From positions 248,001 to 312,000 of the forward strand of contig JBBPEE010000035.1 of the NCBI GenBank assembly GCA_039096935.1: DNA of 64,000 nt, read 5' to 3'. Numbering within the stretch: position 1 is the first letter of the stretch; every line of letters starts with the position of its first letter. This DNA comes from Blastocystis sp. ATCC 50177/Nand II (Eukaryota). The position numbers and the translations under genes were made by a program. Shown here piece by piece: positions 39,586 through 53,099 of this stretch. A model generated the notes under the pieces. It was not told the DNA's origin, searched no databases, and was given only the letters and a program-made list of their open reading frames with translations.

Positions 39586-41100
39586 CTAAAACAACATATC
39601 GTTGACAATCCCGCTCTTGGCATAATGCCCATTGCGCATACACTCTCGATCGATGATCGGAGTCATTCCCTCCACTCCGTCGCAGTTCATCACATGCCAC
39701 GTCATGTGCTCCTCGCAGCAAATCAAGCTGGGGTACTGGCGAATCGCATCTCGCTTCCTACCCTCAACTCCGCATCCCACGCCTACCACAGCGCCGTCTT
39801 CATGTTATAGTACTTGCCGTACAACGCCGACCCGCACTTGTTGCACATGCGCAGCTTGTACACGTCCGTCTCGGCGCAGCGCGGGTTGCTGCACTTCAGC
39901 AGCCGCCGCAGCTTGAACGAGTACAGGCGGGTGTGCGTGGGGAAGGCCTGCAGGTGGCGCAGGAGGTGGAACTTGTCGCAGAAGCAGCTGTCGCACTCCA
40001 CGCAGTACGCCAAGTTGCTGCGGCACCCGCACTCCGCACAGCACTGCTTCTTGTCTTTCTGCACCTTCTCGCACAGCGCGTACACCCGCTTCAGCTATCT
40101 CTCACGCACTCACCCAATCATCACCTCCTCCGCCTCCCACCGCGGCATCTCCGCACAGTGCAGCACCTGCCGCTTCTCCTCGCCGCCCAGCTGGAAGTTC
40201 GACACGTCGATGTCGTGCCCGGCGGCGTAGCGGCAGTCCTGCGGGAGATGGCCGGTGCGGCCGCACAGCGGGCACTTGTGGGAGTCCAGGATGGTCACGG
40301 CGCTCTTGAAGCGGTGCTTGCCGGGCAGGTACACGTGCTGCTCGGAGTTGCTCACGCCGATGAGCGGTTGTGAATTCTGTGACGTGATTGCATCGGGTGG
40401 TGATGGAGGTGCATTGGGTTGTGTGGCAGCCATGGCGCGGGCCTCGGCCCGTCTCTTGCACTCCATGGAGCAGACGTCCTCGTCCGTGCGGTCGCAGACG
40501 TACTGGCCGAACTTGCCGCAGACGGCGCAGAAGGGACCCAGGATCGGCGCCATTGGTGCGTCGCGCGAGAACTCGATCACCTCCTCCGAGGAGGGTGTTT
40601 CCTCCTCCTTCACTTCTTCCTTCTCCTTCACAGGAGGGTTCTCATTCACTTCCCGTTCTTCTTTCACAGGAGGAAGCTCCTTCACTTCCTGTTCCTTCTC
40701 CTTCACAAGAGGGTTCTCATTCACTTCCCGTTCTTCTTTCACAGGAGGAAGCTCCTTCACAGGACTGTCTTCCTTCACACCCTCCTCATCACCATAGGGA
40801 ACGAGCCCCAGTGAAGGGGTGCCTCCAAGTGCGCGGTGGAAAATGCTCGTTGAGTGAACAAGAGACGGAAGGGATGGAGTGGTGACGGTCTTGGGAAGGG
40901 GGAAATCCATGTCCACTACGCTCAATACAGCGACATATAGATACAAGGAGCCGAATCAACACTGTACGTCTGCTTCTTCACCTTCTTTCGCTTCTTTTCC
41001 TTGGGAGACGCGATATCCGCCACTTCATCCCTTTTCTTCACAACTATTCATCAATTTGGAATGAGCAAAGCAACGGGATTCACCGCTCTTTGTTGCATAA
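39586..41100 (-). CDS. Multi-zinc-finger protein (zf-HIT-like, CCHC knuckle, Cys/His-rich domain); 5' end uncertain
   Basis: CAVCGKFGQYVCDRTDEDVCSMEC; CPLCGRTGHLPQDC; CVECDSCFCDKFHLLRH...LKCSNPRC. Confidence 0.65.
40611..40760 (-). repeat. Coding tandem duplication, ~75 bp x2
   Basis: VKELPPVKEEREVNENP(L/P)VKEKE repeated. Confidence 0.8.
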
Positions 41101-41470
41101 TACTCTCTAGTTTCCCTGCTCTGATTCAGCACTCTTGCTAGCTCTCCCATCTTGGAATTGTCATCCTACTTGTCATAAGCGCAATTCGCAGTCACCAAGT
41201 CAGCTATCTTTCCCGCATCCCAGCCATACTTGTCAAGAATCGCTGCATAGTCCTCCGCATTGGTCTGGCCCGTTACAATGCGGTACACTTGAAGATCTTC
41301 CAAGATACGACTTGGCCTATGTTTCTTCGCATGGTCCCATGGTTTCGGCTACTCATCAGTAACACACACAGAGCAATCACTCTTTCACAGGAATTGGAGT
41401 TAAAAGCCATCAACAGGAGAAAGAATGGCTCCAAATCGCACTTACCGATTTCAACCGCGTGGAGCATTCA

Positions 41471-43625
41471 ATGCCGGTGACACCCAAGTTCAGTATTTCA
41501 CAGGTATGCTATTCTGGACTCTTATCCCCTCTCACCTGTAGGATGACGAGTTTGTGATTATCGAAATCAACGTTCCTTGGGTACAAACGGTGTGATTATC
41601 ACTGAAGAATAGGTTCGAGTGGGAGACATGGAGTTTGTAGTGGATGGCTGCGAGTTCTCCTTCTTCTGCAACCCCTATCTGCTGAAATTGCAGTTCCCGT
41701 ATCCTTGTATTGATGACGAGAGAGCGAAGGCTGTATACGACATGGATAAGGTTTTCGGTGTCTCTGCTTTTATTCTGTATTAGGATAACGGAACCATTTT
41801 CGTTCACGTCCCAAAGGAAGAGAAGGGTCGAGTGTTCCCCGATTTGGATATGTTCTCCACACTGCTCATGAAACCAGAACCGATGCCCACAATGGACTCC
41901 ATTCGTGAAGAGCATCACCAGTACCACAGCGACGATGGTAATGACGGATTAGACCTCTTGTGCAGGAAATCAAGGAGAACGGCACCGAGCCAACAGAGAA
42001 GGTGGAGCCATCAAAGACATCGAAGGAGTTGCTTTCTCTGGAGGAAGATGATCATCCGCATCGCAAGTATGGTTTTGACGACCTGTTTGAAAACGTGTTC
42101 AAGAGCTTCGAAGACTGCAACGATGTCATCGAAAACCCGGTCCCTGACGACTCGACCGTCGATCCGCTTGAATTGATGAAGGAGATGGAGAGCGCCAAGT
42201 TTGACGCGGACCACTACCTGAGCGACTATATTTACGGCAAGGAAGACTATCTCTACACCGAGTTTGTCGATATCCACAATCCTCCCCATTTCGGTTCCTT
42301 CACCCACACACTTCCTCCCCGACTGGGTCAAGGCCGATCGCATCATCCGCAAGCGCCTCAAGAGCGAGCCCTCGCCACCGCTGGTTCCTTCTTCTTCTTG
42401 GACGGAGTCTGCTGAGTCTGCTGAGTCTGTGAAGCCTATGACTGTGGCGCCGATCGTGGCTGAGGTCAAGAAGGCTGCAGGGACGGAAGGCAAGAAGCCG
42501 CTCATCGAGGTGATCAGCGAAACGTCCGCGGAGAGCACAGAGGAGACGGCCGCACCGCCCCGGCTGGACGGCGAGCTTCATTACCCCTCTCTGCTGGTTG
42601 TGGACAGCAGCAAACCCACTCAATCACCCTCGAACCCTTCTCAGTTACTAACAAACACCACTCAATCACCCTCGAACCCTTCTCAGTCACCCACAAACAC
42701 CACTCAATCACCCTCGAACCCTTCTCAACTACCCACAAACACCACTCAATCACCCTCGAACCCTTCTCAGTCACCCACAAACACCACTCACTCCCCCACA
42801 GACATGCCCACACTCTCGCGGCGGCCGGAGAACCTGTCGCAGAAGATGAGGGAGCACATCCAGGCGTCGGTGGGCGGAGGAGGCGAGCGTGACGCCTAGC
42901 GCGTGAGCCACGAGGAGGGCGCGGAAGACTTCCGCCTGACGGCCGACGAGAAGGAGCTTCTGCTCTCCATCAAGAGCGTTCCGGTGACGGTGCCCGCGTC
43001 ACGCCTGCGCCGCGCGCTGGGCTCGCTGGTGGACGTGCTGTGCGCCTACTGCTACGACGTGCGCATCACGCAGCACGACCCGTCGCCCGAGTCCGCGTGG
43101 ACCATCGCCATCCTGTCGCCCACGCTGTCCTGGCTGGCGCCGTCCGAGGATTTGCAGCGCGTGCTGGTGCACTTCGCCCGCCGCGTGCTGATCTACCCGT
43201 ACCTCCGCCGCTACGACCTGGCGCGGCTGTGCATCAAGGACTGCGCGGTGATCCTGAAGCTGGGCAAGCGGCGCGTGCTGAAGTGCTTGTTGGAGGTAGA
43301 GGCGGAAAGGAGAGGTGAATGGCAGATTAAGAAGATCTTCAAGTACGCGGAGCGCAAGTACATTCTCAACACGCTGTACATCGACAAGTTCATTCTGTGG
43401 GTGCAGGTCAGGGCGGTTGGAGCGATTGAGAGGTAGACGCTGGATTACCCCCTGTTGTTTGACGTGGCGGAGGAGATCACCGTGAGGATGGGCCTGGTGG
43501 ATTACGCATAGTACCTGCTCTCCACGGCAGTTACGAGAGAGTCGCTGGATCTGGGCATCCCGGAACTGGACGAACAGGGGAAGGAGATTTACAGGGAAGA
43601 GCAGGCGATGAAGGAAGAGGAGTGA
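41471..43625 (+). CDS. SHQ1: H/ACA RNP assembly factor SHQ1
   Basis: [16 protein letters not shown] (CS domain), [60 protein letters not shown]. Confidence 0.9.
42618..42800 (+). repeat. Coding minisatellite, ~4.3 x 42 bp ([14 protein letters not shown])
   Basis: ACTCAATCACCCTCGAACCCTTCTCA repeated at 42-bp spacing. Confidence 0.9.
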
Positions 43626-43689
43626 TGGATTCCGTTTTGTTTGTTTCTTTGAACCAGAGTCATTCTTTGAGCAGCAAGAGGAACCAAAA

Positions 43690-44365
43690 ATGGCTTCTCC
43701 GCAGTTCACGGACTACTACAGTCTTCTCGAGATTTCGGTGGAGAGCGATGCGAAGGCGATTAACAAGGCGTACCGAAAGAAGGCTCTGCAGTACCATCCC
43801 GATAAGAACAAGGGAGACGCAAATGCGAGTAAGTGGTAATTGAGGCGGTTCACGACGTAGCGGACATGTTCAAGCTCGTGAAGGAGGCGAAGGAGATTCT
43901 GCTGGATGAAGAGAAGAGAGCGGCATACGACAAGAAACATAAGGCAATGCTCATGCGAAAAGCCGGAAGGGAGAAGATGGACAAACGGCAACGCGAATTG
44001 AGAGAGGCTCTCAACGCAAAGGAGGACGAAGGTGTGACTTGGCGTGCCGTTTCATATTTTAGCCAAAAGAAGACGCCAGGGTGAATTGTCGGAGAAGGAG
44101 CGGCTCTTGCTGCGTATCAGCCAGATCAAGAAGGAAAACGAAAAAACCATCGAGGTGATGCTCCATGACAAGGACATCGCATACGATCTGCAGAGTAGTG
44201 TTTGAACTCTTCGATTACGCATAGAATCGAACGTCGATATCAATGTAAACCTCAAGCGTGTAAGGGGTGGTTGGTGGTTGTGAGTCGTAGTCGTCCGACT
44301 ACGGAAAGAAGACGCTCGAGCGACTGAAACGAGCGGCGCAGGCCCAGATCGAGGCGCGGGCGTAG
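43690..44365 (+). CDS. DNAJC17: DnaJ protein, DNAJC17/Cwc23-like
   Basis: [37 protein letters not shown]-terminal [14 protein letters not shown]. Confidence 0.7.
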
Positions 44366-44399
44366 TCGATTGTACTCTATTCTTCACATCCTTTCATTC

Positions 44400-45585
44400 A
44401 TGTTTCGTTTGACAAAACTGTGCTCGCATTGTGCAGGGTACCCCGTTCTGTTCCAGAGAACGTGCGCATTAGCGAGATGGGGAAGCACCTCGCCCACGGA
44501 GAATGGGATTGTGCAGTTCATCCAGTCCGTGGCGGCAAGCACTGGAAAAGAGCCGTTCTTGCGTTTGAAGCGTGTCTTGGGAAGTGAGGAGTAGAATCGG
44601 TCGACTCGCTTGACCAGTTCAAGGAGCAGGCAATGCAAAACAATGCCATGACTGCGAATGACAGAGATGCGGTACCATTCCCATGTTCGTTTTACGCCGT
44701 AGTTAACTCGTCTCTCTGCTCTCTTGGAGGATGGGAAGGATGCGGCCGTGTGCTTGAAGGAGATTGGCAAGGATGCGACGCTGTCCTCCTTCCTGTGCGC
44801 TTCAAAGCGTGCAGTTTCGTACGCGGACTATTGCGCGTACTATATGCTCTTCCCGCTGATGGTACTTTCTGTCTTCCTTTACTCATCTAGTCCACCCTCA
44901 CCTCCATCGAAGGCGTGGATCCTCTGGCCTCCTACTTCATGCGCATGCAGAGCAACAAGGCGGTCCGGAGCTCGCCCTTCGCTCCGCGCATGCTCCAACT
45001 CAAGCCCAAGAAGACAGCGGCTCATTCCTCGGCGCAGCCAGCGGTGCTGACGCCTGAGGAGTGTCTTGCGCAGCTCGACATCCGCGTGGGCTGCATTCGA
45101 AAGGCGTGGAATCATCCTGACAGCGAGAAGCTGATTTGCGAGGAGGTGGATGTGGGCGAGGAAGCGGTGCGCAGCATCGGGTCCGGCATTCGTGCCTTCC
45201 ACAACGCAGCCGATTTGGAGGGACGACTGGTGTGCGTGATGTGCAATATGAAGATGCGGAAGCTGGCGGGATACCCTTCTAACGGAATGCTCCTGTGCGC
45301 TTCGACGAAGGATCACAGCCGCGGTGCTCTCATCGAGCCTCCTCAAGGAGCGAAGGTGGGAGAGAGAGTCCAGTTCGAGGGCTGTGCGGGAAACCCGGCC
45401 ACACCGAACCAGGTACACAAGAGAAAGATGGTGGAAACGGTACTGCCCGTAGGAGTGCGTGGGTGACTGAATGGTAGTTCTTGAGCACGAATGCGGACGG
45501 GATCTGCTGTTTCAAGTCGATTCCGTTCGGTACGTCGTGCGGTCCCTGCGTCTGCCCGTCATTCCCCAATGCCCCGATTTCGTGA
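44400..45585 (+). CDS. Arc1p/AIMP1-like protein (GST-like region plus EMAP II tRNA-binding OB fold)
   Basis: LDIRVGCI..HPDSEKLICEEVDVGE..IGSG..VMCNMKMRKLAGYPSNGMLLCAS; presequence-like start MFRLTKL. Confidence 0.75.
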
Positions 45586-45798
45586 GTGCAATCCTCCTTT
45601 TCCGTTTTTCCCTTTGTGTGTATGCGTGTTTCCTGTCCAAAACATGAATCTGTCTGTTTTGCATTCAGTACACGGCGGACGGAATGGGAATGAAAGAAGG
45701 TAAATCCCCGGGTTTGGAGGAATGACAGATTCGAACGTGCAAAACGACCAAAAACGGTCCCGATTCGGACCTGTTTATCTACAACCACACTTTTTAAC

Positions 45799-47085
45799 AT
45801 GGCTGACAACAGTACGTTGTGGTTTTGTTGATTTGTTTTCTTATCCTGCGAAGCGCAGTTCTGACAGGTTGTAGATACTGCTCCTGAAGTCGACAACGTC
45901 GACATTGAATCCAACTGGGATAAGGAAGTCGAGAGTTTCGATGACCTCAACCTGAACTTGGATCTGCTCCGTGGCATTTACGCCTACGGTTTTGAGAAGC
46001 CCTCCGTCATTCAGCAGAAGGCTATCCTTCCCGTGCTGGAGGGTCACGACACCATTGCTCAGGCGCAGTCTGGTAGGAATGGGGGATAGTGGTTAGTGTT
46101 AGGTACGGGTAAGACCGGTACGTTCTGCATCTCCGCTCTGCAGCTGCTGGACCTGAACAGCAAGGACACGCAGGTGCTGATCATGGCCCCCACTCGTGAG
46201 CTGGCCCTTCAGATTTTCTCTGTGCTGAGCAACATCTCCAAGTACATGAACGTCAGCATGCACTGCTGCGTGGGTGGAACGGCCCTGCAGGAGGATATGG
46301 AGAAGCTGCGCGGTGGTGTGCAGATCATCGTCGGTACTCCCGGCCGTGTGAACGATCTGATCCAGCGCGGTCTGCTGGACCTTAGCAAGTGCAAGCTGTT
46401 CTGCCTGGATGAGGCCGATGAGATGCTGAGCCGCGGCTTCAAGGACCAGATCTACGAGGCCTTCCGTTCCCTGAGCGAGAACGTGCAGGTGGCCCTCTTC
46501 TCCGCCACCATGCCTCTGGAGATTCTGGAGATCTCCAAGAAGTTCATGCGCGACCCGGTGCGCATCCTGGTGAAGAAGGACGAGCTGACGCTGGAGGGTA
46601 TCAAGCAGTTCTACATCGAGCTGGACAAGGAGAGCTGGAAGTTCGAGACGCTGTGCGACCTGTACGAGTCCTTCGCCATCACCCAAGCCATCATCTACTG
46701 CAACACCCGCAGAAAGGTGGATTGGCTGACCCGCGCCATGAAGGACAAGGACTTCACCGTGTCGTCCATCCACGGCGATATGGAGATGAACACCCGTAAC
46801 ACGATTCTGAAGGAGTTCCGCAGCGGCGCCACCCGTGTGCTGATCACCACCGATCTGCTCGCTCGTGGCATCGATGTGCAGCAGGTCTCGCTGGTCGTGA
46901 ACTACGACTTCCCGCAGGACCGCGAGAACTACATCCACCGTATTGGTCGTTCGGGCCGTTACGGTAGAAAGGGAACTGCCATCAACTTCATCCTGAATGA
47001 GGACAAGGAAATGATGAGCGAGATTGAGCAGTTCTACCACACGACCATCGAGCCCCTTCCTGAGAACATTTCCACTCTCCTTTAA
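45799..47085 (+). CDS. EIF4A: Translation initiation factor eIF4A (DEAD-box helicase)
   Basis: [55 protein letters not shown]. Confidence 0.95.
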
Positions 47086-47194
47086 TTTATGTTCTATATA
47101 GCACTTGTTGCGGTTGAGAATGAGATACTATGATCTTTGTTCGACACTTGTCCGATGTGTACAACAAACAGAGATCGTTTGTACTGCAGACAGT

Positions 47195-47755
47195 TTAGTG
47201 CTTCTTGGCATAGCGAGCCTTGAAGCGGCAGAAGTCGCACATGGCAGCCTTCTTGGCACGGACAGCGAGCTTCTTGGCCCAAGCGGACTCGTTCCACTTG
47301 TTGTCGATCTCGGCTACCCGTCAGGCACCCTCTCCAGCGACTCACCCGTCTTGTAAGCCTCAGCAACGGCGTCGCTCTTATCGGCGCGCTTGATGGCAAT
47401 CACGTAGTCGGTGAGGTAGAGGTGGTTCAGCTACGCGTCACGCTCGCGAAACGCCACCCACGGCCATCTGCTGTCTCTTCACGCCAGTGGCAGGGCCATC
47501 GACGAGCACCTAGGCGGTGATCCCGCTCCCGCGTCCCTTACTCTCTTGCCGTCAATAATGTCGACAATCGTGCACAGCTTGCCGAAATCAGCACCATAGC
47601 TCACGTAGGCAACACGACCGACTTCCACAAAACGAGTAAACACCTAGAGCCAGGGTTAGACCAACAATTCCAGACACGCCTCCACCCCCTTCTATTGAGA
47701 CAGCAACCACCCAGAGGGGTATGTTTTGAAGGGTTCTTTCACGCCCACCTACCAT
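47195..47755 (-). CDS. RPL14: 60S ribosomal protein eL14
   Basis: [44 protein letters not shown]-only first exon (intron 47644-47752). Confidence 0.93.
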
Positions 47756-48056
47756 TGTTAGCTAACTTGTCAAGACAAACGAAATCTGAAGAGGGGAATG
47801 GCAGTGGTGGTGCGTGCCATAATCGGGTCACGGCCCATTTGTTGTAAATTGGGGGTATTTGATTCAATCCAGCGAGGAGGATGCTTCGGAGTTGATAACC
47901 GTTCTGGGACAGTGTAGAGCAAGCGTTGGAAGGGGAATTGGAGAGAAGCAATTCAAGTGCAATGCAGCCCGATACTCCATTTCTGGATTTCAGACAGAGC
48001 GTACGATCCAACCGTGCAAAAATGAACAGACACTTCAGTCAGAGAATTGCTACTCC

Positions 48057-49527
48057 ATGGCAGATCAGCTGAGCAAGCTCTCTCTCCAGGAGCTCGTTGA
48101 TCTGAACGCAGCGGTGCAACACGAGCTGACGCAGCGGTTGCTGCAATTGGAAGAAGAGAACAAACGGCGTAGATCTTGCTCGATCCGTTTTGATCCATGT
48201 AGTGACGCGAGATTCCATGATCATTCGCGAGAGTCGGGATGTTTCCGTCTCGAACGATGTGCAGGGAAAGCAGAACAAGAATTCTGGGTGGATCAGCACC
48301 GGAAAGCTGAAAGCTACTGTTTGCTCTTCTCATTAGTGTCACCGCTAGGCGAATCGATTCCTCTTCAAAAACGTGGAAACAAAGCCCATTCTTTCAAAGC
48401 GAAATATACACAAGTGTCTGGAGAGTGCGTGTGGTCATGGATAGAGACTTCATTTGGGATGTCCAGTGGTGCCACCTTCCCGACTCTCAGAACATATTCA
48501 TCACCGCGTCCGCCGATCGGACAGCCAAGATCTGGAGCATCGACCGCAATGATCCGAGGCAGATCATCAAGCTCTGGAACTACACGGGCCACACGGGCTC
48601 CGTCAACTCCGCAAGATACCATCCCACACAGCACATCATCTGCACCGCGTCAGGCGATCACACTTGCCACATCTGGAAGCCCGAGGGCTCTTCGCCCTGG
48701 TAGGCGTGTGACGTTGCACTGAGCAGTAGCGACGAAGAGTATGGCTCCGCGTCCAAGCGAAACCCCTCCGATGATTGCACCATCTCCAAGCCGCTCGCGA
48801 AGCTGATCTCCCACCAGGGCTACGTCACGGTGTGTGACTGGAACGCCGACGGGAGCTGCGTGATCTCGGGCAGCCAGGACGCCAGCATCAAGGTGTGGGA
48901 GATGAACGACTGGTCCAAGCCGCTGTACACGCTGACAGGCCACGACGGAACCGTCACCAGCATCGCCCCGCACCCCTCCAGCGTCAACGTGTTCGGGTCC
49001 GGTGGGGGCAGCTGGCGGATTTGATGCATAGCCTCGCAGGACAAGACGATCCGCCTGTGGGACACGAGGACATCATCCTTCATGGCAGGCGTGCGTGGTG
49101 AGGGTAAGGCATAGCTGAATGTGCTCCACGGGCACGAGCGAGCTGTGTCGTTCCTTCTCTTCGACGAGCACAACCCGCGTCAGCTGATCAGCGGGAGTGA
49201 CGACTGCTCGGTGAAGGTGTGGGACCTAAAGACGCTGCAGTGTCTGAAGACCATCCACACCTCCTACGTCGTGAACCACTTTTGCGCCAGTCCGGACAGC
49301 TCGATGCTCTGTCTGCCCTCCAAGAACGCGTCTGCCGAGTGAGTGCTTCTGCGGGGAATCATCGGCAGGATTTACTCGTCGCAGGGGGTTCCGTTGACGC
49401 TGCTGTCGGGAAATGGCAACGGGCATAACCGGATGATCTATACCTGCGACTGGAGCGAGGCGGGCATCCTCACCGCGGGACTGGACAGGAACATTTGTCT
49501 GTGGGAGGCCTCTCCCACGGATTCGTA
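48057..49527 (+). CDS. WDR37: WD40 protein, WDR37-like; stop probably completed by poly(A) (TA+A)
   Basis: N-terminal coiled coil; TASADRTAKIW, YTGHTGSVNSARYHP, TASGDHTCHIW, SGSDDCSVKVWDL. Confidence 0.75.
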
Positions 49528-49594
49528 TCTGTGTTTGTTTCAGAAGCTGTGCCACTGTTCTCAAACTGTGGGAGTATAGGGTAACAAACAGCCA

Positions 49595-50762
49595 AACAAG
49601 CCTGCGTGTAGTTGCACGGGAATCGACCCGTCTTCCCGTTCAGTCTGCCCTCCCACCATCCGCTCGGATCCTCGCGAAGCACCTCGATGCAGTCGCCCTC
49701 CTTGAACGCCAGCTCCCCCTCCACCGCCGTGTCCAGCGAGTACAGCGCCCTCACCATCTGCGGCTCCCTCTCACTCGTCCCCTTGGGTTGTTGAGCTGTC
49801 ATGGGCTGAGCGTTCGCCTTATCCGTTTGAAAACCCACCTTATCCGTTTGAGAATCCACCTGACTCGATTGTGAGCTCGCCTGCAGACGCGACACGGCGG
49901 GGTAGTCGGTCACCACGGGCGGCTCGGCGCAGCTGAGGGCGGGCAGCGCCAGCGCGGGCGGCACGTACTCACGCTCCACGTCCTCGCCGTCCTTGATGCG
50001 CTCCGCCAGCGCCGTCAGCCCCTCCAGCACCTGCTGCACCGACGACCCGGAGAAGCCGCTCGCGATCGTCGCCATCGCCTCGTTCTGGCACTGCAGCAGG
50101 TACATCTCGCACGCCACCAGCGTCGCCGTCTCCTGCCGCAGCAGCGCGCCGCCCACCGCCACCAGCTCCGCGAACCGCTTCCGCAGGTACTCGCTGTGCT
50201 CGCGCAGCATCTCGCTGTCGTGCTCCATCTTCACCCGGAACCGGTCCGCGTTGCTCGAGTCACCGCGTCGCTCGTACAGGCTGCACTTCGCGCGATGCGA
50301 GTCGTAGTCCGTCAGGATGTTCTTCCGCGTCTTCACCACCTTCTCCACCGCCGCGAACTCCTGCTTCAGCAGCCCGTCGATGCGCACGATGATGTGGGAA
50401 CGCAGAACGCAGATGATGGCGCGCCGCGTGTAGTCGTACTCCGCCTGCAGAGCGATGTGCAGGTTGTTGATCGCTTCTCGGTACTCCGTCATGTCCTCCG
50501 TGTCCACCTCGCTCTTCATCGTGAAGTGCAGCAACTCGTCCGCCAACTTGCGATTCGTGTCGCACCAGCTGTCCACGTTGTGGATGATGGATACACACTG
50601 CGAACTGAGCAACTTCAGGTTGCTCTCCAGATCGGCAAAGTCGCGGTAGGCCAGATCGAACTCTGCGTCTCTCGTCATCTCCGCCTGGCCGGTGGCCACC
50701 TTCAGCTGCTGGCTGATCCGTCGTTTGGTTGTCTTTAGGGTTTTCACGAACTTGTCCATCAT
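49595..50762 (-). CDS. BAR plus SH3 protein (amphiphysin/endophilin/Rvs167-like); stop probably completed by poly(A)
   Basis: N-BAR-like TRDAEF..RKNILTDYD; SH3 VRALYS..ELAFKEGD..SGWWEG..GRFPCNY. Confidence 0.85.
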
Positions 50763-50987
50763 AGCAGAATCACAGAAATGAGTGCATCCCGGAAAGGGTA
50801 TCCGCCGCGAAAGGGATCAAGATGGGCTGAAGGGAAGGGATTCCGTTCCTCTGCTGCCCACTTGAAGTGCACCCGACATGCGATGCATTGAGAAGGGAAA
50901 TGAAGAGAAATGCTCCGTCTTTGTGGGAACATGGACTGAAAGAATGGGGATCCCACATCGCCCCTTTCTTCGCAAAAGCAGATAGCC

Positions 50988-51933
50988 ATGCTGTATTTCA
51001 TTGGTCTGGGTCTCGGAAACGAGAAGGACATCACGCTGCGCGGACTGGAAGCCGTCAAGTCGTGCGAGAAGATCTTCCTGGAGAACTACACGTCCGTTCT
51101 TGGCGTTGGCACGGACAAGCTGGTACGTGATGCATGCATGATATTACGAATAGGAAGCGCTCTTTGAGCACCCCGTCATTGTTGCCGACCGCGATCTCGT
51201 GGAGTCCAACGCCGAGATGATTCTGGACAGCGCTGCGGTGTGCAATACGGCCTTCTTGGTGGTGGGTGATGTGTTTGGGTTGCAGTTGTTGTCTGTGCGT
51301 GACGAATAGCGCCACTACCCACAGCGATCTCTGGATCCGCGCGAAGGAGCGCAACATCGAGGTGCAGGTCATCCACAACGCGTCGATTATGAACGCTTGC
51401 AGCTGCTGCGGCCTCCAGCTCTACCGCTTTGGCCAGACCGTCTCCCTCTGCTTCTTCACGGAGACGTGGAGACCGGACAGCTTCTACGAGCGTATTGTCC
51501 AGAACCACAGCATTGATCTGCACACCCTCTGTCTTCTCGGTACTCCTTGCTCTCCCCAGTTCATTCGCTAGATATCAAGGTGAAGGAGCCCGATTTCAAG
51601 GAGCTCATGAAGGGAAGAACGGTGTACCTGCCTCCGCGCTTTATGACCTGCAACCAGGCCATCGACGAGCTGCTGGAGGTGGAGGAGAAATACAAGAAGG
51701 GAGGTGAGCGTCATTCGCTGTCGTGAGGCGTAGTGTGCGGCCCCGATGCCCTCGCGGTGGGTCTGGCTCGTGTGGGCCAGCCCGACCAGTTCATCTGCTT
51801 CGGAACGCTGAAGGAGCTTCGCGAGGTCGATTTCGGGCAGCCGCTGCACAGCCTGATCCTGTGCGCGCCGCACACGCACGAGATGGAGCTGGAGATGCTC
51901 AACTACTTCAACGTGAAGAACCTGAAGAAATAA
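50988..51933 (+). CDS. DPH5: Diphthine methyl ester synthase
   Basis: [65 protein letters not shown]. Confidence 0.95.
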
Positions 51934-51983
51934 TCCCTTTGGACTGTTTGTAACAAATGCGCGAGTGTATAGAAGAACATAGA

Positions 51984-53099
51984 TTAGTTGGCGTCGAAGA
52001 GGCCTGCCGGAAGCGGCGTTCCGTCGGGGAGAAGAGAACAACGACGAAGATCGTCGAAGAAGGGATGATTCAGCACCTGCGCAGCTAACAGTAAAATAAG
52101 CCTCCCATCCTCACCCGTGAGACGGTTCTCGGGGACGAACACCAGCAGACGACGCATCAGGTCAATCGCCGTTTCATCGTGGCATTGCGACAGCACCTCG
52201 CTCAGATCCCTCTTTTGGATGTTGGGGAACTTGTACGTGTGGTAATCCGGGTTCATGCGCAGCACCTCCTCCGCCGTGGGGGTGCCCAACACCTTGATGA
52301 TCTCGACCATCTGATCCACGTTGTTCGCGCCGGGGAACAGCGAGTTGCCCGTCAGCATCTCGGCCACCACGCAGGCGGTGCTCCACACGTCCACCGCCAC
52401 GGTGTAGTGCGTCGCGCCGAAGATCAGCTCCGGAGCGCGGTAGTAACGCGAGCAGATGTAGGAAACGTTCGGCTCGTCGGGGGAGAGACGCTTGGCGCTG
52501 CCGAAGTCGCATATCTTGATGATGTGAGTTTTGGGGTCGATGAGGATGTTCTGAGGCTTGATGTCACGATGGCAGATGCCGAGGGAGTGGAGGTACGCCA
52601 GCCCCTTAAACATCTGGTAAGTGTATAACTAGCCGTGAGACACGCACAGAATGGGAACTTTCACGTAGATCATGGGAATCAGGGTGTGGGCCTTCACGTA
52701 CTTTCGGTTATACCGGTACAGGTTTTCGGGGATGTACTCCATCACCAGATGCAGGTATTTCCCGCCCTAGGGTTGATCTTCGGAAAACGGACATACGTCC
52801 TCCTTCTCGGAGAAGAATGAGTTGTGAAGCGTTACAATGTTGGGGTGGTTCAATAGCCGCATGATAGAGAGCTCGCGGTTCTACGCATCAGAACGAAGGG
52901 AAGGACACGACTTTGTAGTTTCTGTCCTGAAATACCTTCTTCACGGCCACAATCCGACCCGTTCCATACTCCTCAGCCTCGTACACAACACCAAAAGTGC
53001 CTTTTCCCACGGCTTTGATTACGGTGTAGCGGATAGGCGCTCTCTGCGACCCGTACTAGTCCTTATCGATTCGATGCAATGCCGTACGTTCATGTTCAT
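51984..53099 (-). CDS. GSK3: Glycogen synthase kinase 3 / shaggy-like kinase
   Basis: [44 protein letters not shown]. Confidence 0.93.

Noticed and set aside
43690..45585. Possible DnaJ-EMAP II fusion
   Set aside because: DNAJC17-like CDS has its own TAG at 44363-44365 and a new ATG follows at 44400.
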